Shown: positions 45,789 to 56,553, counted from the stretch's first letter. The stretch is 64,000 bases of DNA from Candidatus Aldehydirespiratoraceae bacterium (GCA_965198315.1 OZ240616.1:3465723-3529722), one strand, 5' to 3'. Notes: generated by a model from the sequence alone, not told the origin. Numbers and translations: made by a program.

Positions 45789-48233
45789 GTGACTGACACA
45801 GCCACACTCATAGAGCTGACTCCCAGCAGAACCGACGAGGAATCGTTGCTCGAAGCCATCTTGGATTGGGCTGATGGGCGCGGCGTGGAACCGTACCCTC
45901 ATCAAGAAGACGCCATCTTGTCGCTGCTGGCCGGAGACAACGTGGTGTTGGCCACCCCGACCGGATCGGGCAAGTCCCTGGTGGCCGTCACCGGCGCTTT
46001 CGCGATGCTCGCCAACAACAAACGAACCGTCTACACCGCGCCGATCAAAGCCCTGGTCAGTGAGAAGTTCTTCGAACTTGTCAGCGAGTTGGGTGCCGGT
46101 AATGTAGGCATGGTGACCGGTGACGCGGCTGTCAACGCTGACGCTCCGGTAGTCGTCTGCACCGCCGAGATTCTGGCCAACCGGGCGCTGCGCGAGGGGC
46201 CGAACCTGGATGTCGATCTGGTGGTGATGGACGAGTTCCACTACTACGGCGACCGCGACCGTGGTTGGGCCTGGCAAGTGCCGTTACTGGAACTGCCTCA
46301 TCCGAGTTTTCTGCTGATGTCGGCCACGCTGGGCGACACCAGCGACCTGCGCACCGACCTCAGCGCCCGCACAGGCCGAGACACCGTGCTCATCGACCAG
46401 GCGCCACGGCCTGTGCCGCTCGACTTCGAATATCGTGAGACTCCCCTGCTGGAGACACTCGGCGATCTCCTCAAGATCAAAAAGACGCCCGTCTACATCG
46501 TTCATTTCACTCAACGGGAAGCGACCGCGCGAGCCCAGAGCCTCACCAGCCTTGATGTGCTCAGCAAGGACGAGAAGGCCGCCGTGAACGAGGCGATCGG
46601 TGGCTTTCGGTTTGACACCCCGATCGGCAAAGACGTGCAACGCTTCGTGCGGGCCGGCATCGGCGTTCACCACGCTGGTCTTCTTCCGAAGTACCGGCTG
46701 CTCGTTGAGAAACTCGCGCAGCAGGGTTTGCTCAAACTGATTTGCGGCACCGACACCTTGGGGGTCGGGGTCAATGTGCCGATTCGCACCGTGTTGTTCA
46801 CTCAGCTCTGCAAGTACGACGGTCGAAAAGTGCGGGTGCTTTCGGTGCGTGAGTTCAATCAAATAGCGGGACGTGCAGGTCGGCGAGGGTTCGATACCGC
46901 TGGCAGCATCGTCGTGCAGGCCCCCGAACACGTCATTGACAACAAGCGGGCGGAGGCCAAGGCCCTCACCGATCCAAAAAAGAAGAAGAAACTCGTCAAG
47001 AGGAGACCCCCGGAGCGTGGCTATGTCCATTGGGACGGCGACACCCTCGCTCGTCTCAGCGGAGGCACACCCGAGACACTCAAGTCAAGTTTCTCGCTGA
47101 GCCACGCCATGTTGCTCAACGTGCTCGACCGCCCCGGCGACGGCTGCGCTGCCATGAAGCGCCTGCTCACCGACAATCACGAACCCCGCAGCGCCCAACG
47201 ACGCCACATACGCCGGGCCATTGCGGTGTACCGATCTCTGCTTGAGGCGCAGATCGTCGAACTCGACCCGCTGCGGATCAACATTGATCTACAGGATGAC
47301 TTCCGTCTCAATCAACCGCTTTCGCTGTTCGTGGTTGAGGCAGTCGAGGCACTCGATCCAGAGGTGCCCGATCACCATCTTCAGGTGCTCAGCCTGGTGG
47401 AGTCCGTGCTGGAAGATCCGATGGTGGTGCTGATTGCTCAAAAGGACAAGTTGAAAGACGAGTTGGTTAGCGAGATGAAGGCTTCGGGCGTTGAATACGA
47501 GGAGCGCATGGATCGCCTTGAGCAGGTCACCTGGCCCAAACCCGAAGCAGAGTTCATTGAACCTGCCTTTGCTATCTTCGCCCGGCATCATCCTTGGGTC
47601 GGGCGTGACACGGTCAGCCCCAAAGGAGTGGTCCGCGAGATGCTCGAATTCGCGGAGACCTTCAGCCAATTCGTGACTCGCTTCGGGATCAAGCGCTCCG
47701 AAGGGCAGCTTCTCCGTTATCTGACGGACTGCTACAAGACCCTGATCCAGACGGTGCCCTCAGCACACTTGACCGACGATCTTGAAGATGTGATCGAATG
47801 GCTCGGCGCCATGATTCGGCGGGTTGATTCGAGCCTCATTGATGAGTGGGAACGCCTTCGCGATCCCGACATCGTTGAGGTGGAACCAACACAGCCCGTT
47901 GACTTCGACATCACCGCCAATGAGCGGGCCTTCGGGGTGCTGGTGCGCAACGAATTGTTTCGTACGGTCACCTCGCTGGCCACCCGCCGTCAGATCACGC
48001 CGGAGATTGAGGGCATTGAGGCGTACTTCTCCGACCATGAAGCAATTGAGATCGACGCCGACGCCCGCAGCAGCCGCTGGGTTGTGATCGATCTGCAGCG
48101 TGGGTTGGCCACCCAGACGCTGTGCGATCCCGAGCGTTACATGGAATGGGTGCTCGAGGCCGAAATCGACCTCGCCGCGTCTCGCCTTGAGGATCGCGCG
48201 GTCGTGACCCCTATCCGGGTCAAGCGGCTCTGA
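45789..48233 (+). CDS. DEAD/DEAH-box (Ski2-like) helicase with DUF3516
   Basis: TPTGSGKS, DEFH, MSAT, HHAG, QIAGRAGRRG, RSEGQLLRYLTD, VDSSLIDEWE. Confidence 0.92.
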   Translation: MTDTATLIELTPSRTDEESLLEAILDWADGRGVEPYPHQEDAILSLLAGDNVVLATPTGSGKSLVAVTGAFAMLANNKRTVYTAPIKALVSEKFFELVSELGAGNVGMVTGDAAVNADAPVVVCTAEILANRALREGPNLDVDLVVMDEFHYYGDRDRGWAWQVPLLELPHPSFLLMSATLGDTSDLRTDLSARTGRDTVLIDQAPRPVPLDFEYRETPLLETLGDLLKIKKTPVYIVHFTQREATARAQSLTSLDVLSKDEKAAVNEAIGGFRFDTPIGKDVQRFVRAGIGVHHAGLLPKYRLLVEKLAQQGLLKLICGTDTLGVGVNVPIRTVLFTQLCKYDGRKVRVLSVREFNQIAGRAGRRGFDTAGSIVVQAPEHVIDNKRAEAKALTDPKKKKKLVKRRPPERGYVHWDGDTLARLSGGTPETLKSSFSLSHAMLLNVLDRPGDGCAAMKRLLTDNHEPRSAQRRHIRRAIAVYRSLLEAQIVELDPLRINIDLQDDFRLNQPLSLFVVEAVEALDPEVPDHHLQVLSLVESVLEDPMVVLIAQKDKLKDELVSEMKASGVEYEERMDRLEQVTWPKPEAEFIEPAFAIFARHHPWVGRDTVSPKGVVREMLEFAETFSQFVTRFGIKRSEGQLLRYLTDCYKTLIQTVPSAHLTDDLEDVIEWLGAMIRRVDSSLIDEWERLRDPDIVEVEPTQPVDFDITANERAFGVLVRNELFRTVTSLATRRQITPEIEGIEAYFSDHEAIEIDADARSSRWVVIDLQRGLATQTLCDPERYMEWVLEAEIDLAASRLEDRAVVTPIRVKRL

Positions 48234-48311
48234 CCCCGATCAAGATCAGTCAGGCACGGACACGACTCTGGAAGTGATTCTGGGGGCGCATGGCCGATAA
48301 GGTGCCGCGTC

Positions 48312-49154
48312 ATGGGATCAATCGAAGGTTTTGCGACGCTCATCACCGGTGGTGGAAGCGGTATCGGAGAAGCGTCTGCGGCGAGGCTCGCCGCTGACGG
48401 CTCGCACGTCACCATCTGCGGACGCACGGAACAGAAACTGCTCGATGCGGTCGACCGCATCGCTGGTGTCGCGGCTGAGGGAGTGACAGTGCAACACATA
48501 GTTGCCGATGTGACCCAAGAGGCCGACGTAACCGCGGCTGTAGCGGCCGCGGCGGGCATCACCGGGCGGCTGGACGGGTTGTTTGCTTGCGCTGGTGGTT
48601 CTACCTGTATGGGTCCTCTCGTTCTGGCTGACGTGGACGACATCCGCTCGACGATGGAGCTCAACTACATCGGCACGTTCCTGTGCCTCAAAGCTGGTGG
48701 AGCTCAGATGGCTCAACAGGGTGGCGGCGGATCAATCGTGGGTTGTTCGTCCCATGCCGGCCAGGATTCGATGCGCTGCCTCGGCGCTTACGGTGCCGCC
48801 AAAGCCGCTCTTGATCATCTGTGTCGGGTTGGTGCCGACGAGATGGGCCGATTTGGGATCAGGGTCAACTCTGTGCAGCCAGGCATCGTGGCCACCGAGT
48901 TGATGACGCCGATTACCAGCGGCGGTGCACTGCTCGACAACTATCTGCCTGCGATTCCGCTGGGTCGTGTCGGTGAACCCTCAGAGATTGCCGACATGGT
49001 GAGGTTCTTGATCGGCCCCGAATCTTCATGGATCACCGGGCAGGCTTTCGCCGTGGACGGCGGTCAGAACCTGCGTCGAGGTGCCGACTACGGCACGCTG
49101 TTGCGAGAGTTCGGACCCGACCCCCTGGACAGCCTCGCGCCCTCCACCGACTGA
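48312..49154 (+). CDS. Short-chain dehydrogenase/reductase
   Basis: TGGGSGIG, YGAAK, WITGQAFAVDGG. Confidence 0.9.
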   Translation: MGSIEGFATLITGGGSGIGEASAARLAADGSHVTICGRTEQKLLDAVDRIAGVAAEGVTVQHIVADVTQEADVTAAVAAAAGITGRLDGLFACAGGSTCMGPLVLADVDDIRSTMELNYIGTFLCLKAGGAQMAQQGGGGSIVGCSSHAGQDSMRCLGAYGAAKAALDHLCRVGADEMGRFGIRVNSVQPGIVATELMTPITSGGALLDNYLPAIPLGRVGEPSEIADMVRFLIGPESSWITGQAFAVDGGQNLRRGADYGTLLREFGPDPLDSLAPSTD

Positions 49155-49187
49155 TGGCCACTGACTGACGGCCGTGGCCCGTTAGCG

Positions 49188-49964
49188 CTATTCGCTTGCT
49201 GTTTTGGACTTGTCGGGAACTATTGAGGACTTTTGCAGCAACTCGGTGAGCCCGGGATAGCCGGGGATCGGCTGGAGTTTGTGGTCGATATAGATCAGTC
49301 CCGCAGTGATGGCGATGAACCCCAGGGCGAAGTTGACACCGAAGCGAGTGAGCACGAAGAGGTTCACCCCGGTGTTGTTGTAGAGGTAGATGTCCCAGAC
49401 AGCGGTCAGGATCTCGAAGGCGACAATGAACCAGGTAGCCGTCGCCATTGTGCGCACAAAACGACGGTCTTGGGCCATACCGTCCGGCAATCGCAGGAGT
49501 CTCTCGGCAATCCATGCCATAAAGGATCGACCCCTGAAGATGGTGATCGCCAATACCACGCCAACCAGAATCTTTGTTGCGAAGCCGATCCCGAAGTACA
49601 CCGCCTCGGTACTGATCCCGAAATCGACGAGCTCACGCTCAGCCGCAATAGTGACCGCGCTGCGCAATAGTAGATAGGCGGTGACGCTCGGCAGCATCAG
49701 CCCGATGTTGAGGCCTCGACGACGCCTGCTAACAGCGGCCTTGAACGACCAGATCGTTGAAGCAACGACAGCCGCTTCAATGCTGACGAAGTTGTAGAAC
49801 CCGAGAAACAGCAGCACGGGCATCAACTGGTCCAACGTTCCGCCTCCACCGAAACGCGGTTTCTTACCGGGCATTGAGTCACTGCCGGTCCCAGAATCCC
49901 CGCCAGACCCAGCGTCTTCGTCGGTCCCAGCATCACTGCCGGTGATGGTGTCTCTGTTAGTCAC
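49188..49964 (-). CDS. Membrane protein (DUF3159/VC0807-like)
   Basis: About 6 TM helices; GTGA-coupled to the upstream gene. Confidence 0.7.
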   Translation of the reverse strand: MTNRDTITGSDAGTDEDAGSGGDSGTGSDSMPGKKPRFGGGGTLDQLMPVLLFLGFYNFVSIEAAVVASTIWSFKAAVSRRRRGLNIGLMLPSVTAYLLLRSAVTIAAERELVDFGISTEAVYFGIGFATKILVGVVLAITIFRGRSFMAWIAERLLRLPDGMAQDRRFVRTMATATWFIVAFEILTAVWDIYLYNNTGVNLFVLTRFGVNFALGFIAITAGLIYIDHKLQPIPGYPGLTELLQKSSIVPDKSKTASE

Positions 49965-50686
49965 GGTGATAGAGCCATCCACTGGGTTGCTACCTCGACA
50001 TCGCCGAAGATCTGAAGCCCGTCAAGCGTCCGCCTGCCCCAGGCGCACAAGAATAGTTCTTCGCCGCCGGCGCGAACCGCGGCGTCTCCCTTTGCATGTT
50101 CGTGGGTCACAGTGATCGCTCCGTCGGCGGCTCGCAACATGAACTCCCCGTCGCCATCGGTCTGATGCAGATGCAGTGAACCGGAAGGCGTCGTTCGTGC
50201 CCGCCCGGCCAGCACCTCGGTAAAGAGCTCGTCAACACCGTCGATTCCGTCGGCTGCGGGAACTGGCGTCGGGTCATTGGCTGCCTGTTCCGCGTCGACG
50301 CGGTGGATCGCAGTCTCAAGATGGGCTCTCCTTATGAAGAACTCAACTGTCTGGTTAGCGCCCCAAGTCCACAATTGCGTTAGAGGATCAGCTTCGCTCA
50401 GCACCGCCACCAATTGGTCCAGCGCTTCGACGGGCGTTTGATCGGGAAGATCTTTCCATGCAATCGGCGCTGCGGCACGCTGCTCAACCTGTGCGGCAAT
50501 AGCGCTCCACACAACGGCCATGTGCGAAAGCAGATCTTCGTTGGCCCACCCAGGACATGCCGGAACCGTGGCGGAAAGGTCACGGGAGGCAACATCGAGC
50601 AGCCTTTGCCCGTCCGCGGCTAGCCGACTGATGCGGTACTCAGGGTCCATTTGCGGCGAGTTGGGCTGGGAATGCGAAGAGTCCAT
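49961..50686 (-). CDS. Maleylpyruvate isomerase (MDMPI/DinB-like) family protein
   Basis: VPACPGW..DLLSH, RRAHLETAIHRVD, DGIDGVDE; alternative start at 50650. Confidence 0.85.
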   Translation of the reverse strand: MDSSHSQPNSPQMDPEYRISRLAADGQRLLDVASRDLSATVPACPGWANEDLLSHMAVVWSAIAAQVEQRAAAPIAWKDLPDQTPVEALDQLVAVLSEADPLTQLWTWGANQTVEFFIRRAHLETAIHRVDAEQAANDPTPVPAADGIDGVDELFTEVLAGRARTTPSGSLHLHQTDGDGEFMLRAADGAITVTHEHAKGDAAVRAGGEELFLCAWGRRTLDGLQIFGDVEVATQWMALSP

Positions 50687-50724
50687 TTGCTTAGTGTGGC
50701 GCGGTTGAACGATCATCGTGCGCC

Positions 50725-51528
50725 GTGAGCACATACGCGATTAGCGGGTCCGCATCCGGCATGGGTGCAGCCACCCGCAAAAACTTAGAAAATGATGGCC
50801 ATACCGTGATCGGTATTGATTTGCGAGACGCCGAAGTCATCGCCGATCTCTCCACCGATGAGGGCAGATCCAGCGCCGTAAGCGAGACCTTGCAGCGCTG
50901 CAACGGCAGGCTCGACGGTCTGGTGACCGCTGCTGGCTTGGGTCCGCCCGTCCGCGGGGAGTTGATCGCCAAGGTCAACTATTTCGGATCTGTGGCATTG
51001 CTTGAGGGTCTGCGCCCAGCTCTGGCCGAAGCCGACAATGCTCAGGTCGTACAGATCGGCTCGAACTCTTCGACCACATCACCAAACCTGCCTGCCGAAC
51101 TAGTTGAGGCTTACCTGAGCGGTGATGAATCCGAAGCGATCCGGCTCGTGAATCTCACACCGGAGCCTTTCGACGGTGCAATCGCCTACGGCGCTTCCAA
51201 GCTCGCTGTTTCTCGCTGGTGTCGTCGAGCGGCCGTGAGCGACGACTGGATTGGCCAAGGGATCACACTCAACGTGATCGCTCCCGGGCCCGTACAAACC
51301 CCCCTGTTCCAGATGGGCAAGGACGACGACGACTACGGACCGCTGCTGGAGGGCTTCCCGGTCCCTGCCGGGGACCCCGCGACCGCTGATCTGCTCGCAG
51401 ATTGGATCGTGTTTCTACTCTCCCCGGCGGCTCGTTTCGCCTGCGGTTCAGTGATCTTCGTCGATGGCGGTACCGACGCCCTGCTCAGAGCCGATGCCTG
51501 GCCCGAGACGTTCGTGATGGAGTTTTAG
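50725..51528 (+). CDS. SDR, 3-alpha-HSD-like
   Basis: SGSASGMG, VNYFG, YGASK, FVDGGTDA. Confidence 0.88.
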   Translation: MSTYAISGSASGMGAATRKNLENDGHTVIGIDLRDAEVIADLSTDEGRSSAVSETLQRCNGRLDGLVTAAGLGPPVRGELIAKVNYFGSVALLEGLRPALAEADNAQVVQIGSNSSTTSPNLPAELVEAYLSGDESEAIRLVNLTPEPFDGAIAYGASKLAVSRWCRRAAVSDDWIGQGITLNVIAPGPVQTPLFQMGKDDDDYGPLLEGFPVPAGDPATADLLADWIVFLLSPAARFACGSVIFVDGGTDALLRADAWPETFVMEF

Positions 51529-51568
51529 GCTCTATGGAGTTTTAGGCACGAGGGAGTTCTGAGAAGCT

Positions 51569-52747
51569 TCAGGCGGAATGGCTCAGGACAAGAGCGTCTC
51601 CTTGTCCACCGCCGCCGCACAGCGCGGCTGCACCCAGCGAAGCGCCGCTGGTTCGAAGCTGTTGCATCACCGTGAGCGCGAGCCTGCTACCGCTGCAACC
51701 CAGTGGATGACCCATAGCAATCGCGCCTCCGAATTTGTTCGGGAACATGGGATCGATGCCTAGCTCGTCAGACGATGCAAGCGATACCGCAGCGAACGCC
51801 TCGTTGATTTCGAGCACATCAAGGTCACCAACCTCATGGTCCGCAGCCGCGAGAGCGCGCAGCAGGGCTCGCGCTGGTTGGTGGAGCAACGATGTGTTCT
51901 CCGGCCCCGCTACCTGACCGTATCCAGCGACCCGGATGTCGTCAGCCAGCCCTCGTTCAGCGGCCGTGTCTGCACGCATCATGACAATTGCCGAGGCGCC
52001 ATCGCTCAGTTGCGAGGCGTTCCCGGCGGTGATAGTCCCATCAAGTTCAAATGCCGGACGTAGCTTCGCCAACTGTTCGACACTCGTCGTTGGTCGCACA
52101 CCCTCATCGCGATCAAGGAAACCTCTGTCGCCCGGATTCCCAACGGCCACGATCTCAGCTGAGAACAGATCATTGTTCTGGGCTTCGCTGGCCCTGTGGT
52201 GTGACGAGAACGCAAGCTCGTCCTGTGCCTCGCGGGTTATAGCAGCCTGACGCGTGTAGTGATCGGTGTCGCTGCCCATGTGCCGATCCTCGAACGCGCA
52301 CCAGAGGCCGTCGTGGATCATTGAGTCGATCGCCGCCGCGTGACCCATCTTCATCCCGGCGCGGCCACCGGGGAGAAGATACGGGGCGTTGCTCATGGAT
52401 TCCATCCCGCCGGCGATCACCACATTCACATCGCCCGCGGCCAACATCAGCGCGCCCACATAGATCGTCGAAAGACCAGAAAGGCACACTTTGTTGATTG
52501 TGGTGGCCGGGGTACTCATCGGAATGCCTGCCGCGTCCGCGGCCTGACGCGCAGTGATCTGTCCCTGCCCGGCCTGCAGAACGTGGCCCATAAGCACATG
52601 ATCAACATCACCCGCCGCGACCTCAGCGCGTTCCAATGCCGCGGCAATAGCGATTCCACCCAATTCCATCGCGGTTCGAGACCTCAGCGTCCCGTTGAAC
52701 TTGCCGATGGGAGTGCGGGCCCCCGCGATCAGCGCTACATCTTCCAC
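51569..52747 (-). CDS. Acetyl-CoA C-acetyltransferase (thiolase)
   Basis: NKVCLSG, GGMESMS, NEAFA, GHPLGCSG, CGGGGQG; GTG start after aaggag. Confidence 0.92.
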   Translation of the reverse strand: MEDVALIAGARTPIGKFNGTLRSRTAMELGGIAIAAALERAEVAAGDVDHVLMGHVLQAGQGQITARQAADAAGIPMSTPATTINKVCLSGLSTIYVGALMLAAGDVNVVIAGGMESMSNAPYLLPGGRAGMKMGHAAAIDSMIHDGLWCAFEDRHMGSDTDHYTRQAAITREAQDELAFSSHHRASEAQNNDLFSAEIVAVGNPGDRGFLDRDEGVRPTTSVEQLAKLRPAFELDGTITAGNASQLSDGASAIVMMRADTAAERGLADDIRVAGYGQVAGPENTSLLHQPARALLRALAAADHEVGDLDVLEINEAFAAVSLASSDELGIDPMFPNKFGGAIAMGHPLGCSGSRLALTVMQQLRTSGASLGAAALCGGGGQGDALVLSHSA

Positions 52748-52795
52748 ATCGTCTCCTTGTCTTGGTGGCGACCTCAAAGCTACAGCAGGTCGAGT

Positions 52796-54157
52796 TCAGT
52801 CCAGAATGCCGCCCTGGCCGCGAGATTGGCCGAGGGCTTGAGATCGCTCCGCTTCGTCGAGCATTTCTTGGGTGACTCCGAAGGTGTCGCCGAGACCGGC
52901 GTCGACAATTTGTTTGGGAATGGCTTTGATCCGATAGTCGTCTGCCACTGGCTCGGGATCAGCAGGACGCCTGGCCAGCGCCGCGGCAACGATCGGTTCC
53001 CATGAAGCCGCCAACGCACCAGCGTTCGCTATATCTCGCTCCTTGAACTCGGGCAGGATTTCGGTGCCGAAGCGGTGCAGCGATTCCATGATGTCTTCGT
53101 GGCGATTCTTGCCTGCCTGCATCACGAATATCAGTTGATCCACGCCAGCCTCTTCGTAACGGCGGCAGAACTCGCGGATTTGTTCTGGCGTTCCAACCGC
53201 TCCACGTAGTCCCTGACGGTCACCGACCGCTGTCTTGGCAGCGAGTGAGCCTTGCTGCGCGAGCGCCGCATCGGGGTCGTAACCGTGCTCGGTGCGTTTG
53301 GCTTGGAACTCCTGCCACACGTCGGTCACACCCGGCTGATGTTCTCCGAACAGGTAGTAGTGAGCCAACGAGTAACCGAAGAAGTTGCCTCCTTCAAGCC
53401 CCATGCGCATTGCCACCGATTCGTCGGGGTGGCACATCATCGGGGTGACGCAGGCAAGATTCGGGTTCACCGCCTTGCCGACCGGCACACATTCTTCGGC
53501 CATGATCCGGCGGTAGTCGTTGACCCACCCTTTGGCGTCTTCCGGGTCGATGAATGCGAAGGTGAGCGCTCCAATGCCCTTTTGGGCTGCGAGTTTGATG
53601 GTCTCATGGCGAGAACAGGCAACCCACAGCGGTGGATGGGGCAACTGCTGGGGCTTGGGCACGACGTTGCGAGCGGGCATCGACACAAACTCTCCCTCGT
53701 GACCCCCGAACGGTGTTTCGGTCAGGCAACGAAGCGACACTTCGAGACCTTCGAGCCAGGCGTCGCGCTTGCGTTCATAGGGAATGCCGAAGCCGCCGAG
53801 TTCGGCCTCCGAAGAAGACTCGCCGGAGCCGAACTCCACCCGTCCGTCAGACAAGAGGTCGAGCGTTGCGATCCGCTCCGCCACCCGTGCCGGATGGTTG
53901 AACTGAGGTGCCGTGAGACAGATGCCGTGCCCCAGCCGGATTTGACTGGTGCGCTGAGAACACGCCGCCAAGAACAGTTCGGGCGCAGACGAGTGCGAAT
54001 ACTCCTCCAAGAAGTGGTGCTCCACCTCCCAGAGGTACTCAAAGCCAAGCGAGTCGGCCAGCTCAACCTGTTCAAGAGCATCGCGCAACAGCTCGGCTTC
54101 ACTGCGCTCATCCCACGGTCGAGGCAGTTGATGCTCGTAGAAAATTCCGAATTTCAT
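52796..54157 (-). CDS. Luciferase-like (LLM) flavin-dependent oxidoreductase
   Basis: MKFGIFYEHQLPRPW, VEHHFLEEYSHSSAPE, HPARVAERIATLDLLSDGR. Confidence 0.9.
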   Translation of the reverse strand: MKFGIFYEHQLPRPWDERSEAELLRDALEQVELADSLGFEYLWEVEHHFLEEYSHSSAPELFLAACSQRTSQIRLGHGICLTAPQFNHPARVAERIATLDLLSDGRVEFGSGESSSEAELGGFGIPYERKRDAWLEGLEVSLRCLTETPFGGHEGEFVSMPARNVVPKPQQLPHPPLWVACSRHETIKLAAQKGIGALTFAFIDPEDAKGWVNDYRRIMAEECVPVGKAVNPNLACVTPMMCHPDESVAMRMGLEGGNFFGYSLAHYYLFGEHQPGVTDVWQEFQAKRTEHGYDPDAALAQQGSLAAKTAVGDRQGLRGAVGTPEQIREFCRRYEEAGVDQLIFVMQAGKNRHEDIMESLHRFGTEILPEFKERDIANAGALAASWEPIVAAALARRPADPEPVADDYRIKAIPKQIVDAGLGDTFGVTQEMLDEAERSQALGQSRGQGGILD

Positions 54158-54181
54158 ATCCGGCGACTATATGCGGGGCGG

Positions 54182-54871
54182 CTAATAAGCAAGCGATATC
54201 ACCAAAAGGGTGTGGCAAACGACCGCGACCACGACATGCACATGCCATACTTCGTGGTAACCGAACGTGTCGGGCCATGGGTCGGGACGACGAGCGCCTA
54301 CCACAACCGCTCCCAACGTGTAGGCGGCACCCCCACCGAACAGCAGGATCGACTCCGGGATCGACAACGACGTGACGAGCCAGGGGGTGAAGACGATCAT
54401 TGACCAGCCGAAGCCCAGATAGGCACCGTTCATGAACCCTGCCCGTGGATGCAGGGGCAACCATTCGGCTGCGATTCCCAGTAGCGTTCCGGTCCAGGCG
54501 ACGGCGATCAGCAGCCCCGACACCGGTGGGTCCAAGCCCAGCAAGGCAATGGGCGTGGCACAGGTACCGAACATCAAGAAGATCACCGAATGGTCGATTC
54601 GTACCAGCAGTTCCACTCTTTCTGCGGACCAGTCTCGCCCGTGAACGACCGCGCTAACCCCGAGCATCGCGGTGATTCCAAACGAATAGAGCAACATCGA
54701 GAACTGTGCTCGCATTCCTTCGGCGAATACCGTCAGTGTCACGCCTAGCGGAATCGCAGCCAACGCCGCCCAACGATGCAGGTAACCGCGATAGCGGGGC
54801 CGGGGGCGACGAAGCAACCGAACCGCCGCGGCCGAAAGCTGCCCGTCTCCAGCGTGGTAAGGACTTGGCAC
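54182..54871 (-). CDS. Hemolysin III / PAQR family membrane protein
   Basis: RGYLH, DHSVIF, FGYHEVWH; 7 TM. Confidence 0.9.
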   Translation of the reverse strand: MPSPYHAGDGQLSAAAVRLLRRPRPRYRGYLHRWAALAAIPLGVTLTVFAEGMRAQFSMLLYSFGITAMLGVSAVVHGRDWSAERVELLVRIDHSVIFLMFGTCATPIALLGLDPPVSGLLIAVAWTGTLLGIAAEWLPLHPRAGFMNGAYLGFGWSMIVFTPWLVTSLSIPESILLFGGGAAYTLGAVVVGARRPDPWPDTFGYHEVWHVHVVVAVVCHTLLVISLAY

Positions 54872-54936
54872 AACCTCAAGAATAGACGCTCTAGTTCGTC
54901 TCTGTGAGGAACGGTAGACTCTCCGTTCGGCCCTCT

Positions 54937-56442
54937 ATGACGACCATCTCGACTACCTCGGTATGTGACAGCGCCGAATTACAGCAGCGTCGGCAACCCC
55001 GCACAGATATCGTGGCCGAAGCTCCAAGTGGCACGGACCGCTGGAGCAGTCGTGAGGGGCCCTTTCGCGAGTACCAACGCACTCTGGTTGCCCAGCCAGA
55101 CGGTGAAGGCCGCTACGAAGTCACAGAGAAGACGACATACAAGTTGGCTGTTCCCGTTTGGGCTTGGTTGTTTCATTTTCCGGTGCGCCATGCAATGGAG
55201 AATCGAAAGGAGCGGTACGGCTACTGGTGGGCACCGCCCGATCGTCTCGATCAACGGGCCGCTACAGTGCTCGGTCTGCTCGCGGGAATACAGCTTGTCG
55301 ATGGGTACCTCGGTACCGTTCTGACCCAGACGATCACCTTCGCCGTCGACGAGTTCGGTCACGGCAATCAGGCCCAGGGTTGGGTGCTTGGCGTGGTTCG
55401 GGCGGGTGTGTTGATCGCGCTGGTGACCGCCGCTCTGGCTGATAAACGGGGCCGGCGCTCGTTGTTGATCGGTGCTGGGATTGCCAGTTGTGCCTTCACT
55501 GTGCTGGGTGGTCTAGCACCGAACTTGTGGGTACTGGGAGGTTCGCAGCTAGTGGCGCGGGGTCTCTCGACCGCGCTCGGGATTCTGATTGTCATTGTGG
55601 CCGTCGAGGAGATGCCCTACAGGTCAAGGGCCTGGGCTGCTTCGGTTCTCACCCTCAGCGCCGGACTCGGCTCCGGCATGGCCGTGTGGATTCTGCCCGT
55701 CGCTGATCTCAGCGAACGGGGTTGGCGGGCGATCTACCTTGTCGCTATTGCCGGTGTTGCGGTTGTGGCATTGTTGGGCCGACGGTTGCCCGAGAGCCGA
55801 CGTTTCATTGAGGCCACACCCATCGCGACCCCTGCCGAACCCTTGCGGACCCGGCGCAGAAGTCGCTTTGTGTTGTTGGCAACATCGGCCTTCCTGCTGG
55901 CCATGTACTGGGCCCCGGCATCAGGATTCCGCAACGATTTCCTCAAAGACGAGCGGGGATTCTCGGGGACGGATATCTCCTTGTTCACGGTCACGACGGC
56001 AACCCCGATTGGTATCGGGATCCTGTTGGGCGGCTACCTCGCCGAACGGCACGGTCGTCGCCGCGTCGGGGCTTTGGGAGTTGTGCTCGGCGCCACTTCA
56101 ACCAGCGCCTCGTTTTTCGCCCATGGGGTCACCCTCTGGTCATTTACCCTGCTGGGAGGTGTGCTGGGCGGGCTCGCGGTGCCGGCGTTGGCCGTCTACG
56201 GTCCAGAACTCTTCGGCACCTACAGCCGCGGGCAAAGCAACGGGGCCATCGTCACGGTGGGTGTGCTCGGGAGCGCTATCGGACTGATTTTCGTCGGCGA
56301 GCTTTCGGATCGTATGTCTGCTGTGGGACCCGCTCTCGCCATTCTCACCACCGGTCCACTGATTGTCGCTGGATTGATCCTCGCCCGCTTCCCCGAAACC
56401 GCCGGATTAGAACTCGAAGAAATCAACCCGGAGGACGCCTAG
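54937..56442 (+). CDS. MFS transporter with soluble N-terminal extension
   Basis: LADKRGRR and LAERHGRR motifs, EEMP..SRA, PELF, FPET. Confidence 0.88.
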   Translation: MTTISTTSVCDSAELQQRRQPRTDIVAEAPSGTDRWSSREGPFREYQRTLVAQPDGEGRYEVTEKTTYKLAVPVWAWLFHFPVRHAMENRKERYGYWWAPPDRLDQRAATVLGLLAGIQLVDGYLGTVLTQTITFAVDEFGHGNQAQGWVLGVVRAGVLIALVTAALADKRGRRSLLIGAGIASCAFTVLGGLAPNLWVLGGSQLVARGLSTALGILIVIVAVEEMPYRSRAWAASVLTLSAGLGSGMAVWILPVADLSERGWRAIYLVAIAGVAVVALLGRRLPESRRFIEATPIATPAEPLRTRRRSRFVLLATSAFLLAMYWAPASGFRNDFLKDERGFSGTDISLFTVTTATPIGIGILLGGYLAERHGRRRVGALGVVLGATSTSASFFAHGVTLWSFTLLGGVLGGLAVPALAVYGPELFGTYSRGQSNGAIVTVGVLGSAIGLIFVGELSDRMSAVGPALAILTTGPLIVAGLILARFPETAGLELEEINPEDA

Positions 56443-56553
56443 CCAAGTACTTGGTTGCCAAGACTCAAACCGCAGAGTGCATCGTTCCTTTTGGCAAACA
56501 ATCGAATCTCCGATCCCTGTCACGGAAATCCGCCAACGGGAACTCCGATGATA

